A DNA stretch of 64,000 nt from Candidatus Bathyarchaeota archaeon (GCA_963760485.1 CAVXDP010000008.1:17209-81208); one strand, 5' to 3'; positions 32,673 to 41,264 are shown, counted from the stretch's first letter. Numbers and translations: made by a program. Notes: generated by a model from the letters alone, not told the origin.

Positions 32673-32823
32673 TCACAGTTGGTAGTTTCTATCTGCAAGA
32701 TGCTGTGCTTTACCTTGATTTTCACAGTGTACTTCACGTTCCTGTCAATTCGAAAGATAGCGAGCCCGGTAGTATAGTAAAGAGGGGGTTTGGGGGATTC
32801 CTCCCCCGATGAAGTCCTAATTA

Positions 32824-32912
32824 TTTGTGTGCTTATCCATTGGTGCGACCGTTCAAAATCCTACCGTCATTTTTCGTTGAATTGTGTGTGTAGAGATGGC
32901 CTTGGTGCAGCC
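32824..32912. repeat. GT/CA-rich mini-repeat (family copy 2)
   Basis: TTTGTGTGCTTATCCATTGGTGCGACCG ... GAATTGTGTGTGTAGAGATGGCCTTGGTGCAGCC. Confidence 0.55.
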
Positions 32913-33052
32913 AGCTTAAGACTAGACTATTTAGTATGGATGGCTTCCCTAAAGGAGCTGTCAATTATTCTTTCAGAACTTTGGAATCATAATGCCGTGT
33001 CGTGCGGCCAAACGAATCCGGCTGCCACATGCATTCTTTTTTTCAGTCATGG

Positions 33053-33874
33053 CTAGGCTCCACCGAGAGTGATTATCAGGTCTGTGATAAAACCCGCGAA
33101 CAATCCAACGAAGATCCCAATCATCAGAACATCATTTGTGCTTTGCCTCCTTCCTGAATTGTACATCAACAACGAGACGAAAACCAATGCGCCACCAGCA
33201 ACTGCTAGGAAAAAGATGTACAGAGAAGCCGAGGTCCATAGGCTACCTAGTAGAGTTCCAATAAATGTCGGGCCACCACCTACTAGGCCTGCCAAGACAA
33301 TGAAACGAACACTCGGTCGTTTTGAAAGCCCTGTTAGTGGACTAGCTATTCCGAAGCCTTCTGTGGCATTATGTGCTGCGAATCCAATCACCAAAATTAT
33401 CGCTAACCCCATTGCTCCTGACACATACGACTGGCCTATTGCAAGTCCTTCGCTAAAGTTGTGAGCTCCGATGCCCACTGCAATCATCATTGAGAGCCTG
33501 TAAGCGTTGACCTGCTTCTGCTGTCCAGAGTCACTACTGCCACCCGCCACGCCGGTTTCCTTCATATATCGAGCTCCGTACCAAGTCAACCCCAGAAGCC
33601 CTACCGCCAGCCCTCCGAACATGGCTAGAAGGTCAAGCAGCGCATCTTCCACAGGTGACTTCCCCACAAAAGCACTGCTCGCGGCATCCGCAGCGGATTG
33701 CCAAGCATGACTAAGCACGTCGACAATGAGAAATATTAGAATACCAACTGCAAACGCGTTGAGGAATCCTTTCTTTCTTGGACTAACGCCTTGAGCTACG
33801 GCAAGCGGTAACCCGAGAAAGATTGTGAGGCCAGCAAACGCTCCAAGGAGAAGGAGCTGAGGATAATCGATCAA
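33053..33874 (-). CDS. ZIP-family divalent metal transporter
   Basis: Two HNxxEG motifs (AHNFSEGLAIGQS, AHNATEGFGIAS); multi-TM. Confidence 0.7.
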   Translation of the reverse strand: MIDYPQLLLLGAFAGLTIFLGLPLAVAQGVSPRKKGFLNAFAVGILIFLIVDVLSHAWQSAADAASSAFVGKSPVEDALLDLLAMFGGLAVGLLGLTWYGARYMKETGVAGGSSDSGQQKQVNAYRLSMMIAVGIGAHNFSEGLAIGQSYVSGAMGLAIILVIGFAAHNATEGFGIASPLTGLSKRPSVRFIVLAGLVGGGPTFIGTLLGSLWTSASLYIFFLAVAGGALVFVSLLMYNSGRRQSTNDVLMIGIFVGLFAGFITDLIITLGGA

Positions 33875-33984
33875 TCCACGTAATCTCGCTTGCTAAGAGC
33901 ATATCATATGTCATAATTAACCTTGATCGACAGTATGTCGGTGTCTGAAAGGCCTAGCTGTCGGAATCTGCTCAAGACTATTGG

Positions 33985-34136
33985 GCCAAGGTAGAATTGT
34001 GTGTATATACCTTGGTGCGCGCCGCTTGAAATCGGGCTGTTAGGCCAAGGTAATTTTGTGTGTACCTCCTGGTGCGACCGCCCTAAGACCAAACCATGAT
34101 TCTTGAAATGTGTGTGCGCACCAAGGTATACCACCA
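33985..34136. repeat. GT/CA-rich mini-repeats (family copies 3-4, compound)
   Basis: CCAAGGTAGAATTGTGTGTATATACCTTGGTGCGCGCCGCTTGAAATCGGGCTGTTAGGCCAAGGTAATTTTGTGTGTACCTCCTGGTGCGACCG ... GAAATGTGTGTGCGCACCAAGGTATACCACCACC. The central 45 bp is near-identical to the reverse complement of copy 1. Confidence 0.7.
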
Positions 34137-34342
34137 CCAAACCCTCTTTAGCGCTTAGGGCTTACACGATTAAACCAATATCTTTATATGATGGTAAACT
34201 CATATGGATATAGGTGAATAAGCGAACGTTGGGTGAATGAAATGATAACAAGAAAAGTAACAGCGGGCATCCGCGATTTTGCTTACTGGAAGAACGCCTG
34301 ACGTCTGCAAATCCTGTATGAGAATTGATGTTGGTAAATGGA

Positions 34343-34486
34343 ATGGGTCGAATCAGTGTGGAACTCTCTGATGAGCTGGAAAAGAAGTTAAGGTTCAAAA
34401 CGGTGGAGAGATTTGGCGGGAAAAAGGGCGACCTATCAAGATCTGTTGAAGAAGCCGTAAAGACATGGGTTGCCAAAGAAAAATAA
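34343..34486 (+). CDS. ribbon-helix-helix (CopG/Arc-like) small DNA-binding protein, 47 aa (below the ORF-track size cutoff)
   Basis: MGRISVELSDELEKKLRFKTVERFGGKKGDLSRSVEEAVKTWVAKEK has the beta-strand + two-helix RHH pattern. The overlapping antisense 104-aa ORF 34162..34476 is low-complexity. Confidence 0.45.
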   Translation: MGRISVELSDELEKKLRFKTVERFGGKKGDLSRSVEEAVKTWVAKEK

Positions 34487-34741
34487 ATGAAGAAAAAATC
34501 TGCTTGAATAGCTCAAGGTAAGTAGGGGAATTAGCTCAGTTGCGAAAAGGCTCCCCTCTTATAGTATGAACGTGTATTCTTCTCTTTCTCAGTCTGTTGT
34601 CAATCCTAATTGGAGACAGGTTCGTGAATATGGGAGCTTACCACGTTTCGACAACTTACGAACCTAGACCCCGAGCTACTATGAGTTTGTCTTTGGTAGA
34701 TTCTCAACTATGTGTGGGAAGTCAGCTGCGGTTTGCGTTCG

Positions 34742-35884
34742 TTATTGATTTTGGTCAAAGACCCAAGATGCTCTGCTAAGGATCTCTCCAATTGGCAAGT
34801 GCTGTGTGCAAAGCTTCTCGCATCTTCTGCATCTTATGCATAGTTTGGCCCGGTTTTCTGGAGTGATCTGTTCCCAGTATTTTCTCTTGATCTCATTGTC
34901 TCTTCCTTTTGCAAGGTATTCGTTGTACAGGGATAGTATCTGAGGTATGTTCACTCCTTGAGGACAGGGCATGCAATATCTGCACCCAGTGCAACCTAGT
35001 AATCCTATTTCATTGTATTTCTTGGCGACGCGATCGAAGATTTTCAGTTCTTTCTGAGTTAGGGAGTTGGGAATAGAAGTGTTGGCGGTGTCCAAGTTCT
35101 CTTTTACCTGTTCTAATGTGCTCATGCCGCTGAGAACAACGGATACCTCTGGGTGATTCCAAACCCATTGCAGAGCCAGCTTCGCGGGCTTGGAATGGAT
35201 GCCTGCTTTGTCCCAAATAGCCTGAACCGCTTTTGGTGGTGTGGCGGCCAAGTTTCCGCCAGCTATTGGCTCCATAACGATGATTGGAAGCCCCTTAGAA
35301 GCTGCGTACTTGAGCCCTCTTCTGCCGGCTTGGTACTCTGTGTCAACGTAGTTGTATTGGATCTGGCAGAAAGTCCAGTCGTAGCTGTCTACGATTTTTT
35401 TGAACAAAGGGTATTCGTCATGAAAACTGAAGCCTAGATAACCTATCTTTCCTTGTTGTATCTTTCTCTCAGCCCAGTCGAAAACGCCCAGTCGCCTCAG
35501 TTTCGGCCAAACCTCTTTTTCAAGACCGTGGAGGAGGTAAAAGTCAATTTGGTCAACCTGGAGTCTGCGGAGCTGGATTCTTAGGAACTTGTTCATATCT
35601 CGCTGCGAGTTCACGAGCCAAGTTGGCATCTTGGTAGCTACACGCACTTTTTCTCGATAGCCATTGTCCAAAGCCTTTCCGACCAAGACCTCGCTATAGC
35701 CCTTGTGATACGGGTAGGCCGTGTCCACATAGTTGACACCATGATCGATGGCATACCGTATCATGCGAATCGCTTTTGCCTCATCGATTTTCGCATCATC
35801 CGCTCCTTTGATAGGTAATCTCATTGCCCCTAATCCCAGAGCTGATACGTTCCAGTCTAGTTTCCCAAACTTCCTGTACCTCAT
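34742..35884 (-). CDS. aldo/keto reductase with C-terminal 4Fe-4S ferredoxin domain (COG1453-like)
   Basis: AKR N-terminal (GAMRL...DTAYPYHKG...) plus a C-terminal CTGCRYCMPCP / CIRCRRCEKLC. Confidence 0.7.
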   Translation of the reverse strand: MRYRKFGKLDWNVSALGLGAMRLPIKGADDAKIDEAKAIRMIRYAIDHGVNYVDTAYPYHKGYSEVLVGKALDNGYREKVRVATKMPTWLVNSQRDMNKFLRIQLRRLQVDQIDFYLLHGLEKEVWPKLRRLGVFDWAERKIQQGKIGYLGFSFHDEYPLFKKIVDSYDWTFCQIQYNYVDTEYQAGRRGLKYAASKGLPIIVMEPIAGGNLAATPPKAVQAIWDKAGIHSKPAKLALQWVWNHPEVSVVLSGMSTLEQVKENLDTANTSIPNSLTQKELKIFDRVAKKYNEIGLLGCTGCRYCMPCPQGVNIPQILSLYNEYLAKGRDNEIKRKYWEQITPENRAKLCIRCRRCEKLCTQHLPIGEILSRASWVFDQNQ

Positions 35885-36310
35885 GAGAAGTCACTTTCTC
35901 CTGCGCAGCCGAGAGATCACATTCGTGGCGACAAGTATCTAGATTTGATTGAACAAGAATTCTTTGTTACTCACTCTTTTCAAGCTGACTCACGCCTTGT
36001 AAGCTCCATGGGTCATCTTTCCTGCAACAACCAAATTACCTTCCGTAATTTCCAAGAGAGAGCAGTCCATGGATGCATAGTTCAAATCCCATCCCGCCCG
36101 CCACAAAACTTTCCGGTTTTGATAAGATAGAATCATTTTGAGTGTTTCCATTCGCAGTACAGTCTTCACTGAAGCGTGACTAGGTACTGGCACAAAACGT
36201 GAAACCAGAAAACGTGGAATCAGTAAGACTACTATATCGTACGGCAAGCAGCGAATGCGGACGCAGAAGCGTCTTTGAATCTTTAGGAAGAATTATCCAA
36301 AAGCTTTCAC

Positions 36311-36347
36311 AATTGTGTGTGTGCGCACCAAAAGATACTACACACAC
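36311..36347. repeat. GT/CA-rich mini-repeat (family copy 5)
   Basis: AATTGTGTGTGTGCGCACCAAAAGATACTACACACAC. Confidence 0.55.
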
Positions 36348-36627
36348 TTCTATCATGGCCTGATCTCTATAGGAAGAAAGTCTAGGTCCTTTGCGTAGGG
36401 TTGCAGCCGCTCGCGTCGTCGGAAGTTCCTTATTCGAGCGTTAGTGCTATGTTGTATCTGAGAGGTGACTAATGTATGGCAAGCAAGAGAAGTAGGGGAG
36501 CTAAGAAAGCGTGGACGACTGCTAGAGATAACAAGGTGGCGGAAGCACGCAAGAAGAAGAAGGACCGCAAAGCCGCCTATTCCACGTATCACTAGGAACA
36601 CTGTTCTATTAATGAGAACGCACCCAT

Positions 36628-36685
36628 GGCGAAGTGGTCCTAGGTTTCAGGTGCTCGAACTGCCTGAAAGGTTAGGCCACTCGCC
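36628..36685 (+). ncRNA. 58-nt extended imperfect hairpin (candidate structured RNA / regulatory element)
   Basis: GGCGAAGTGGTCCTAGG-TTTCAGG-tgctcgaactg-CCTGAAA-GGTTAGGCCACTCGCC has a 7-bp perfect inner stem plus a roughly 14-bp outer stem. It lies in a 340-bp stretch with no credible CDS. Confidence 0.25.
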
Positions 36686-36762
36686 GTTTGGACCAAAAGA
36701 GTAGTAGGAGTTCGCTTCAGTTAAGAAACATTTTAGAAACATTCCTTCATAAGACTCAAACA

Positions 36763-37176
36763 ATGAAAACGACAATATCCATTAAGAGTTCACTCATAGC
36801 TCCTTGTGGAATGAATTGCGGAATCTGTATGGCATATCTTAGAGAGAAAAAGAGTTGCCCTGGTTGTAGAGGAAGCAATGATAACAAATCATTTAGTTGC
36901 GTCAATTGCAGAATCAGAAACTGTGATGAGTTAAAGAATCATAATATGACATTTTGCCTTGAATGTGAAAAACTGCCCTGTGTGAGATTAAGAACATTAG
37001 ACAAAAGATATCGAACCAAATACAATATGAGTATGATTGAAAACCTTGAAACTATCAAAACATTTGGAATAAGAAAATTTGTCAAAAATGAAAAAGTTCG
37101 ATGGACTTGCTTGAAATGTGGAGGGATAATTTGTGTTCATAGAGGATTCTGCTTTAGTTGTGGAGAACAGAGCTAG
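36763..37176 (+). CDS. DUF3795-like Cys-rich protein
   Basis: Multiple CxxC pairs: APCGMNCGICMAY, CPGCRG, CVNCRIRNC, CLECEKLPC, CLKCGG, CFSCG. The locally AT-rich gene likely starts at the ATG at 36763; the longest ORF starts at 36688. Confidence 0.55.
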   Translation: MKTTISIKSSLIAPCGMNCGICMAYLREKKSCPGCRGSNDNKSFSCVNCRIRNCDELKNHNMTFCLECEKLPCVRLRTLDKRYRTKYNMSMIENLETIKTFGIRKFVKNEKVRWTCLKCGGIICVHRGFCFSCGEQS

Positions 37177-37210
37177 CTAGCCTTCAATAGCATTCTTAGG
37201 ACACACAGAG

Positions 37211-37239
37211 AAGGAGGGGGCCTGGGGGATTCCTCCCCA
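37211..37239. repeat. GC hairpin motif GAGGGGG-N3-TGGGGGATTCCTCCCC (copy B)
   Basis: AAGGAGGGGGCCTGGGGGATTCCTCCCCACC; a near-identical motif sits at 32781-32807. Confidence 0.6.
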
Positions 37240-37278
37240 CCATTAACTACTATCAACACCTTTCTCGTCGTCGCTTCA

Positions 37279-37300
37279 GGTGGTGCGCACACACACAATT
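37279..37300. repeat. GT/CA-rich mini-repeat (family copy 6, inverted orientation)
   Basis: GGTGGTGCGCACACACACAATT is the reverse complement of AATTGTGTGTGTGCGCACCACC. Confidence 0.5.
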
Positions 37301-37456
37301 CAACCATTCGTTTAGGAATCGAAAATCTGAAATCTGTCGATAGACGCTAGTGTCAGGTAGCTTTCCGAGATTCGCTGTTACCAGAGGGTAAATGGTGCAC
37401 CTGCAAGAAGTGATAAATCGTCTAGACGCCAAAACGTTGGCCGCAGGCTGAAGTAA

Positions 37457-37951
37457 ATGGCAGAGAAATCCCGCTCAAGACGTAGATTTCTGAAGCATAC
37501 TGCCATGAGTTCGGTTGTTGCGATTGTGGGTTTTGCTGTCGCTGGATATGTTCTTCTAGGCCATCAGTCGCAGGAATGTTTTGGAATATACCTCATAGAG
37601 AACAACAAACTGGTGATATCGGACGAAGACATTGTATGGTACAATAGAACTTCTCATGAAATCAGACTTACCGAATTAGGAGTGAAGAAGATTGAGGAAT
37701 TGCAGGTGTCTGTATATGGCAACCCCTTTGTTGTAAAGATTGGCGGAGAAAAAATCTACAATGGATTATTTGTTACCCCTATCTCATCTGTATCCCAGCC
37801 ACCTTCAGAAGTAGTAATAGAGACTGTAGTTCAGAATAATACCATAAAGATACAGATGGGTTATCCTCCTTCACAATCTGGAGCTGAAGATCCAAGAAAC
37901 AATTCTAAGATATTTGACCATTTTCAAAGTATCAACAAATTAGTTCAGTGA
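37457..37951 (+). CDS. Tat-signal secreted hypothetical protein
   Basis: N-terminus SRRRFLKHTAMSSVVAIVGFAVAG is a twin-arginine motif plus h-region. Confidence 0.5.
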   Translation: MAEKSRSRRRFLKHTAMSSVVAIVGFAVAGYVLLGHQSQECFGIYLIENNKLVISDEDIVWYNRTSHEIRLTELGVKKIEELQVSVYGNPFVVKIGGEKIYNGLFVTPISSVSQPPSEVVIETVVQNNTIKIQMGYPPSQSGAEDPRNNSKIFDHFQSINKLVQ

Positions 37952-37969
37952 ACAAACATAATGGGTTAG

Positions 37970-38010
37970 ATGTGTGTGTATACCTTGGTGTGGCGCTAGA
38001 TTTGGACCAC
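37970..38010. repeat. GT/CA-rich mini-repeat (family copy 7)
   Basis: GATGTGTGTGTATACCTTGGTGTGGCGCTAGATTTGGACCAC is similar to the arm + core of copy 3. Confidence 0.5.
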
Positions 38011-38052
38011 TGATTGGCTTTCCCGCAGACACGAACAGAAAAGTTGCTTGAA

Positions 38053-38430
38053 CTAATCCAAGAGTTCAATCCAGATACCGTCTGGATCTTTGATGTAGAC
38101 CTCGGTTCCCTTAGCCTCAGATGGTTTGACAGCAACGTCAACTCCTTTCTTCACAAGCTCTACGTAAGCATGCTTCACATTTCTCACAGAAAAAGCGAGA
38201 TGATCAAGTTCTTCGCCTCTTGTATACTTCTTGTAGAACCTGCTGCCTTTCGGGTACCAGTTGAGTTCTAGTCTCTGTGGTGAACCAGGGCTCTTGAGGT
38301 GTACGTATCGTCCGCCATGAGGCATCTTACCGCGACTAATCTTTTTCATGCCTAAGACGTCCACGTAGAACCTTTCTGAACGATTCAGATCCCTTACTCT
38401 AATCCCTGTGTAGGTGAACCGGAATTTCAT
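38053..38430 (-). CDS. glyoxalase/VOC-family protein
   Basis: 125 aa with VOC-like N-terminus (GIRVRDLNRSERFYVDVLGM) and C-terminus (DPDGIWIELLD). Confidence 0.65.
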   Translation of the reverse strand: MKFRFTYTGIRVRDLNRSERFYVDVLGMKKISRGKMPHGGRYVHLKSPGSPQRLELNWYPKGSRFYKKYTRGEELDHLAFSVRNVKHAYVELVKKGVDVAVKPSEAKGTEVYIKDPDGIWIELLD

Positions 38431-38543
38431 TTGTATCCAAAGAATTGAGTTGTCAACAAAACCATTTACGTTCTTCGCCAGTACTGGTCAGGCCATGGTA
38501 GGTAGAGTATGCTGGCACTGCTATAACAACGAGTACAACATCT

Positions 38544-38981
38544 ATGGGCTCCACGAGTGCTCAAACAACTACTTCAACTACTGTTGTCACCACAGTGACC
38601 TATCAAGGAACAGAGTTGAAACTGCAAGTCACGAGTAATTCAACTATTTCAGGCTTGAGTTTCAACAAGAATACACGATTGATGAACTTCACAGTGAGTG
38701 GCCGCGATGGAACAAATGGTTTCTGCAGCGTTCACATATCGAAGGAGCTGTTAGATGGAAAACCAATTGTTCTACTGGATGGAAACCAAATACAAGCTGG
38801 TGTAAGTCAAGACGAAGCCAACTACTATGTCTATTTCACATACAATCATAGCAGTCACAATGTAGCGATTGGGGGATCTAACTCCATACCTGAATTTCTA
38901 TATGCTTTGACTACGTTGCTGTTGGTCTTGAGTGTTCTTCTGTTTGCAACGAAGACAAAACGTAGATATTGTCAAATGTAA
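38544..38981 (+). CDS. PEF-CTERM domain protein (Thr-rich, no detectable N-terminal signal peptide in-frame)
   Basis: C-terminus ...SNSIPEFLYALTTLLLVLSVLLFATKTKRRYCQM has a PEF motif + TM + basic tail. The N-terminus MGSTSAQTTTSTTVVTTV lacks a hydrophobic signal, and an in-frame stop lies upstream at 38499-38501. Confidence 0.5.
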   Translation: MGSTSAQTTTSTTVVTTVTYQGTELKLQVTSNSTISGLSFNKNTRLMNFTVSGRDGTNGFCSVHISKELLDGKPIVLLDGNQIQAGVSQDEANYYVYFTYNHSSHNVAIGGSNSIPEFLYALTTLLLVLSVLLFATKTKRRYCQM

Positions 38982-39002
38982 TGACACAACGTTGTTGTAG
39001 GA

Positions 39003-39045
39003 GAGAGGGGAATCGGAGGGTCAGGGGTGCAATCCTTCCCCTCTC
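39003..39045 (+). terminator. strong hairpin (10-bp perfect stem GAGAGGGGAA/TTCCCCTCTC, 23-nt loop) 20 nt after the PEF-CTERM gene
   Basis: Read directly from the sequence. It could be a terminator or RNA-stability element; there is no T-run. Confidence 0.35.
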
Positions 39046-39348
39046 AGGTTGGCAAGAAAAACTATTCCAGTGCCTAACCTACGAACATGTATCATCAAAT
39101 CAATCTTAAACAAGAGACATAACCGAAACTAAACGACTTTCACTGGGCACGTAATTATTCCCATTCTATTCATACTGATTATGTAACCCTTGCGAGACTC
39201 GTTCTGAAGTTTCTAATTGTGATACCTTGGCAGATTCTAGGATGGATCCATGTTAGACGAGCCACAAAAGCCGGAAGTGTTCAACATTAGCTGTATTGGT
39301 TAGCCACAGCACCCAGAATTTGAGAACCCAGGTTTAACTTACATCGCC

Positions 39349-39894
39349 CTATGACCGTCTACCCTGATAGGTTGTGCCATAGCTTTCCAATGATATTATC
39401 TCTTCCAACTTTTTTCTTGGTCTTACAGTATGGACGATCCTAGCCAACGGGTCGATCTTGTCACATGAGTATCCTAGAGCGATCAGCGCAACAATCTCGT
39501 ATTCATCAGGAAGCATCAGTATCTTGCGAATATCTTCATTGTTGAAGCTTCCAATCCAACATGTTCCAAGCGCCAAGGCTGTTGCTGCCAGGACCATGTG
39601 CTCAAGGGCAATCGTAGTATCTACAGCATACCATTTGGGAGAGGTTTTCTTGTTTCCACAGCCAACAATTACCACAGGTGATTCAGCCAAGAACTTTCCA
39701 TACTTACATGCTTTAGCAATGCTAACCCGCTTATCTTTGTCTCTTACGATGATGAAGTGCCAAGGCTGTAGATTAGCAGCCGAAGGCGCCAACCTAGCAG
39801 CTTCCAACACCTTGACAAGAACGTCTTCGGGTATCGGTGTCGATACGTAAGACCTTACCGACTTTCTTTGTCTGATAGTATCGAAAATATCCAC
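39349..39894 (-). CDS. nitroreductase-family protein
   Basis: N-terminus RKSVRSY...APSAANLQPW is the classic NAD(P)H nitroreductase motif. Confidence 0.75.
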   Translation of the reverse strand: MDIFDTIRQRKSVRSYVSTPIPEDVLVKVLEAARLAPSAANLQPWHFIIVRDKDKRVSIAKACKYGKFLAESPVVIVGCGNKKTSPKWYAVDTTIALEHMVLAATALALGTCWIGSFNNEDIRKILMLPDEYEIVALIALGYSCDKIDPLARIVHTVRPRKKLEEIISLESYGTTYQGRRS

Positions 39895-39904
39895 TTAATT
39901 CCCT

Positions 39905-40291
39905 CTATTCTGCCCGTTCTATTTCGATTTTCTCTCCACTTTTCACTTTGGTTAGATATTTTGTGTCTCCGATGATTCTTCCAAACACGTTTACCGAGCT
40001 GGCTGCCTTTGGTTGACTTCCTGTACTGGCTGGAGTGGTTCCGAAGAATATGCAGAAACAGTTTCCGGGAGGCCAGTAAGCCAAATCTCCAATGTTTACT
40101 TCTTCTTGGCTCTTTTCTTCTGGTACTTTTACAGGGATGCTGAAGTAGATTTCTTCTCCCCATCTGTTAACCATTCCTTTGATTGGCAACGCTTTCCAGA
40201 TGGCTTCAGCAGTCTTCGGGTTTTTTTCGGACATAATCTCCGCAGGAATGTCGCCTATTGATTGAGTCTTGATTCTGATCTTCCTGTCCAT
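39905..40291 (-). CDS. hypothetical protein (possibly cyclophilin-like fold family)
   Basis: 128-aa ORF; GDLAYWPPGNCFCIFFG resembles cyclophilin-like DUF proteins, but this is uncertain. Confidence 0.35.
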   Translation of the reverse strand: MDRKIRIKTQSIGDIPAEIMSEKNPKTAEAIWKALPIKGMVNRWGEEIYFSIPVKVPEEKSQEEVNIGDLAYWPPGNCFCIFFGTTPASTGSQPKAASSVNVFGRIIGDTKYLTKVKSGEKIEIERAE

Positions 40292-40454
40292 TTTGAATCA
40301 ATCTCGCGTTTGAACAATACCTCGGAAGCGTTTAGCACACTGCCGTAAAATCTCTCTTATGATGCCCTTAAAGGATCTGGCGTAGCATAAAAGAGAAGGA
40401 TCGATCTGGAAAGAAGTAGTTATCCAATTGCATGCCCATTGTATGCGTTAAGTA

Positions 40455-41264
40455 TTGCAGGCACAGCTAGGATGCTGCTGTGTAACCTTGATGAGCGATC
40501 TAATCGGTTTGGTGGGCCTCTTCTTTGCAGGCATAGTCGCAGGCGCTATCAATTCCGTGGCTGGTGGTGGCACGCTCATCTCTTTTCCTTCACTTGTAGC
40601 GTTTGGCCAACCAGAGATAATCTCTAATGCAACAAACACAGCGGCATTGTGGCCTGGGTCGCTTAGCAGCGCTCTCAGTTATCGAAAGGACACATCGGTC
40701 CAGCGCAGTTTGGTTATCACTCTTGCTATCCCCAGTCTGATTGGCGGTCTTCTTGGTGCCATGATTCTAGTTGTCACGCCTGCGGCGGCTTTCAAACGTG
40801 TCGTCCCATTCTTGGTTCTCTTTGCTACTTTGGTATTTGCGTTACGCGAGCTTCTTACTCGAAGATTTGGCAGTATTTCTACTGGCGCAGAGTGTGTGAC
40901 AACTGTTGGGCGAATCTGGGGTTTCATCTTTCAACTGTTCGTCGCTACTTACGGCGGCTACTTTGGGGCAGGCATAGGTATCCTCATGTTGGGATCTTTG
41001 AGTCTGATGGGTCTGCGTGATATTCACAAGATAAACGCAATCAAGACTCTGCTCGCCGCTATCATCAATGTAACTGCATTCGTTTTCTTTGCACTCGAAG
41101 GATTGGTAGTCTGGCCTTTGATGATTCTTATGGCGACAGGTTCTATTATTGGTGGCTACGGAGGCGCACGGTTAGCTAAACGGGTGAAACCTCGTCTTCT
41201 CTACTTGTTCGTGGTTGCCGTAGGCCTGCTGGTTTCAGGCTGGCTCTTTATCAGATCGTTCTAG
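40455..41264 (+). CDS. TSUP/TauE-SafE family membrane exporter (DUF81)
   Basis: 269 aa, 7-8 TM with two repeated halves; GAINSVAGGGT and GGYFGAGIGILM motifs. Confidence 0.75.
   Translation: MQAQLGCCCVTLMSDLIGLVGLFFAGIVAGAINSVAGGGTLISFPSLVAFGQPEIISNATNTAALWPGSLSSALSYRKDTSVQRSLVITLAIPSLIGGLLGAMILVVTPAAAFKRVVPFLVLFATLVFALRELLTRRFGSISTGAECVTTVGRIWGFIFQLFVATYGGYFGAGIGILMLGSLSLMGLRDIHKINAIKTLLAAIINVTAFVFFALEGLVVWPLMILMATGSIIGGYGGARLAKRVKPRLLYLFVVAVGLLVSGWLFIRSF

Noticed and set aside
34162-34476. 104-aa minus-strand ORF
   Set aside because: Low-complexity S/F/P-rich product antisense to a well-formed RHH gene.
34524-34560. tRNA-like fragment GGGGAATTAGCTCAGTTGCGAAAAGGCTCCCC (TAGCTCAGTTG resembles a D-loop)
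   Set aside because: Only a 5-bp stem with a 22-nt loop. There is no T-arm, anticodon arm or acceptor pairing, and it is too short for a tRNA.
36353-36420. RNase P RNA CR-I-like motif (AGGAAGAAAGTCTAGG)
   Set aside because: Only a loose resemblance to GGAAAGUCC, and no CR-V (ACAGAA..CCGGCUUA) partner was found.
36620-36690. Possible tRNA (GCACCCA TG GCGA AGTGGTCCTAGG...)
   Set aside because: No D-stem complement and no T-loop consensus; it folds as a single long hairpin instead.
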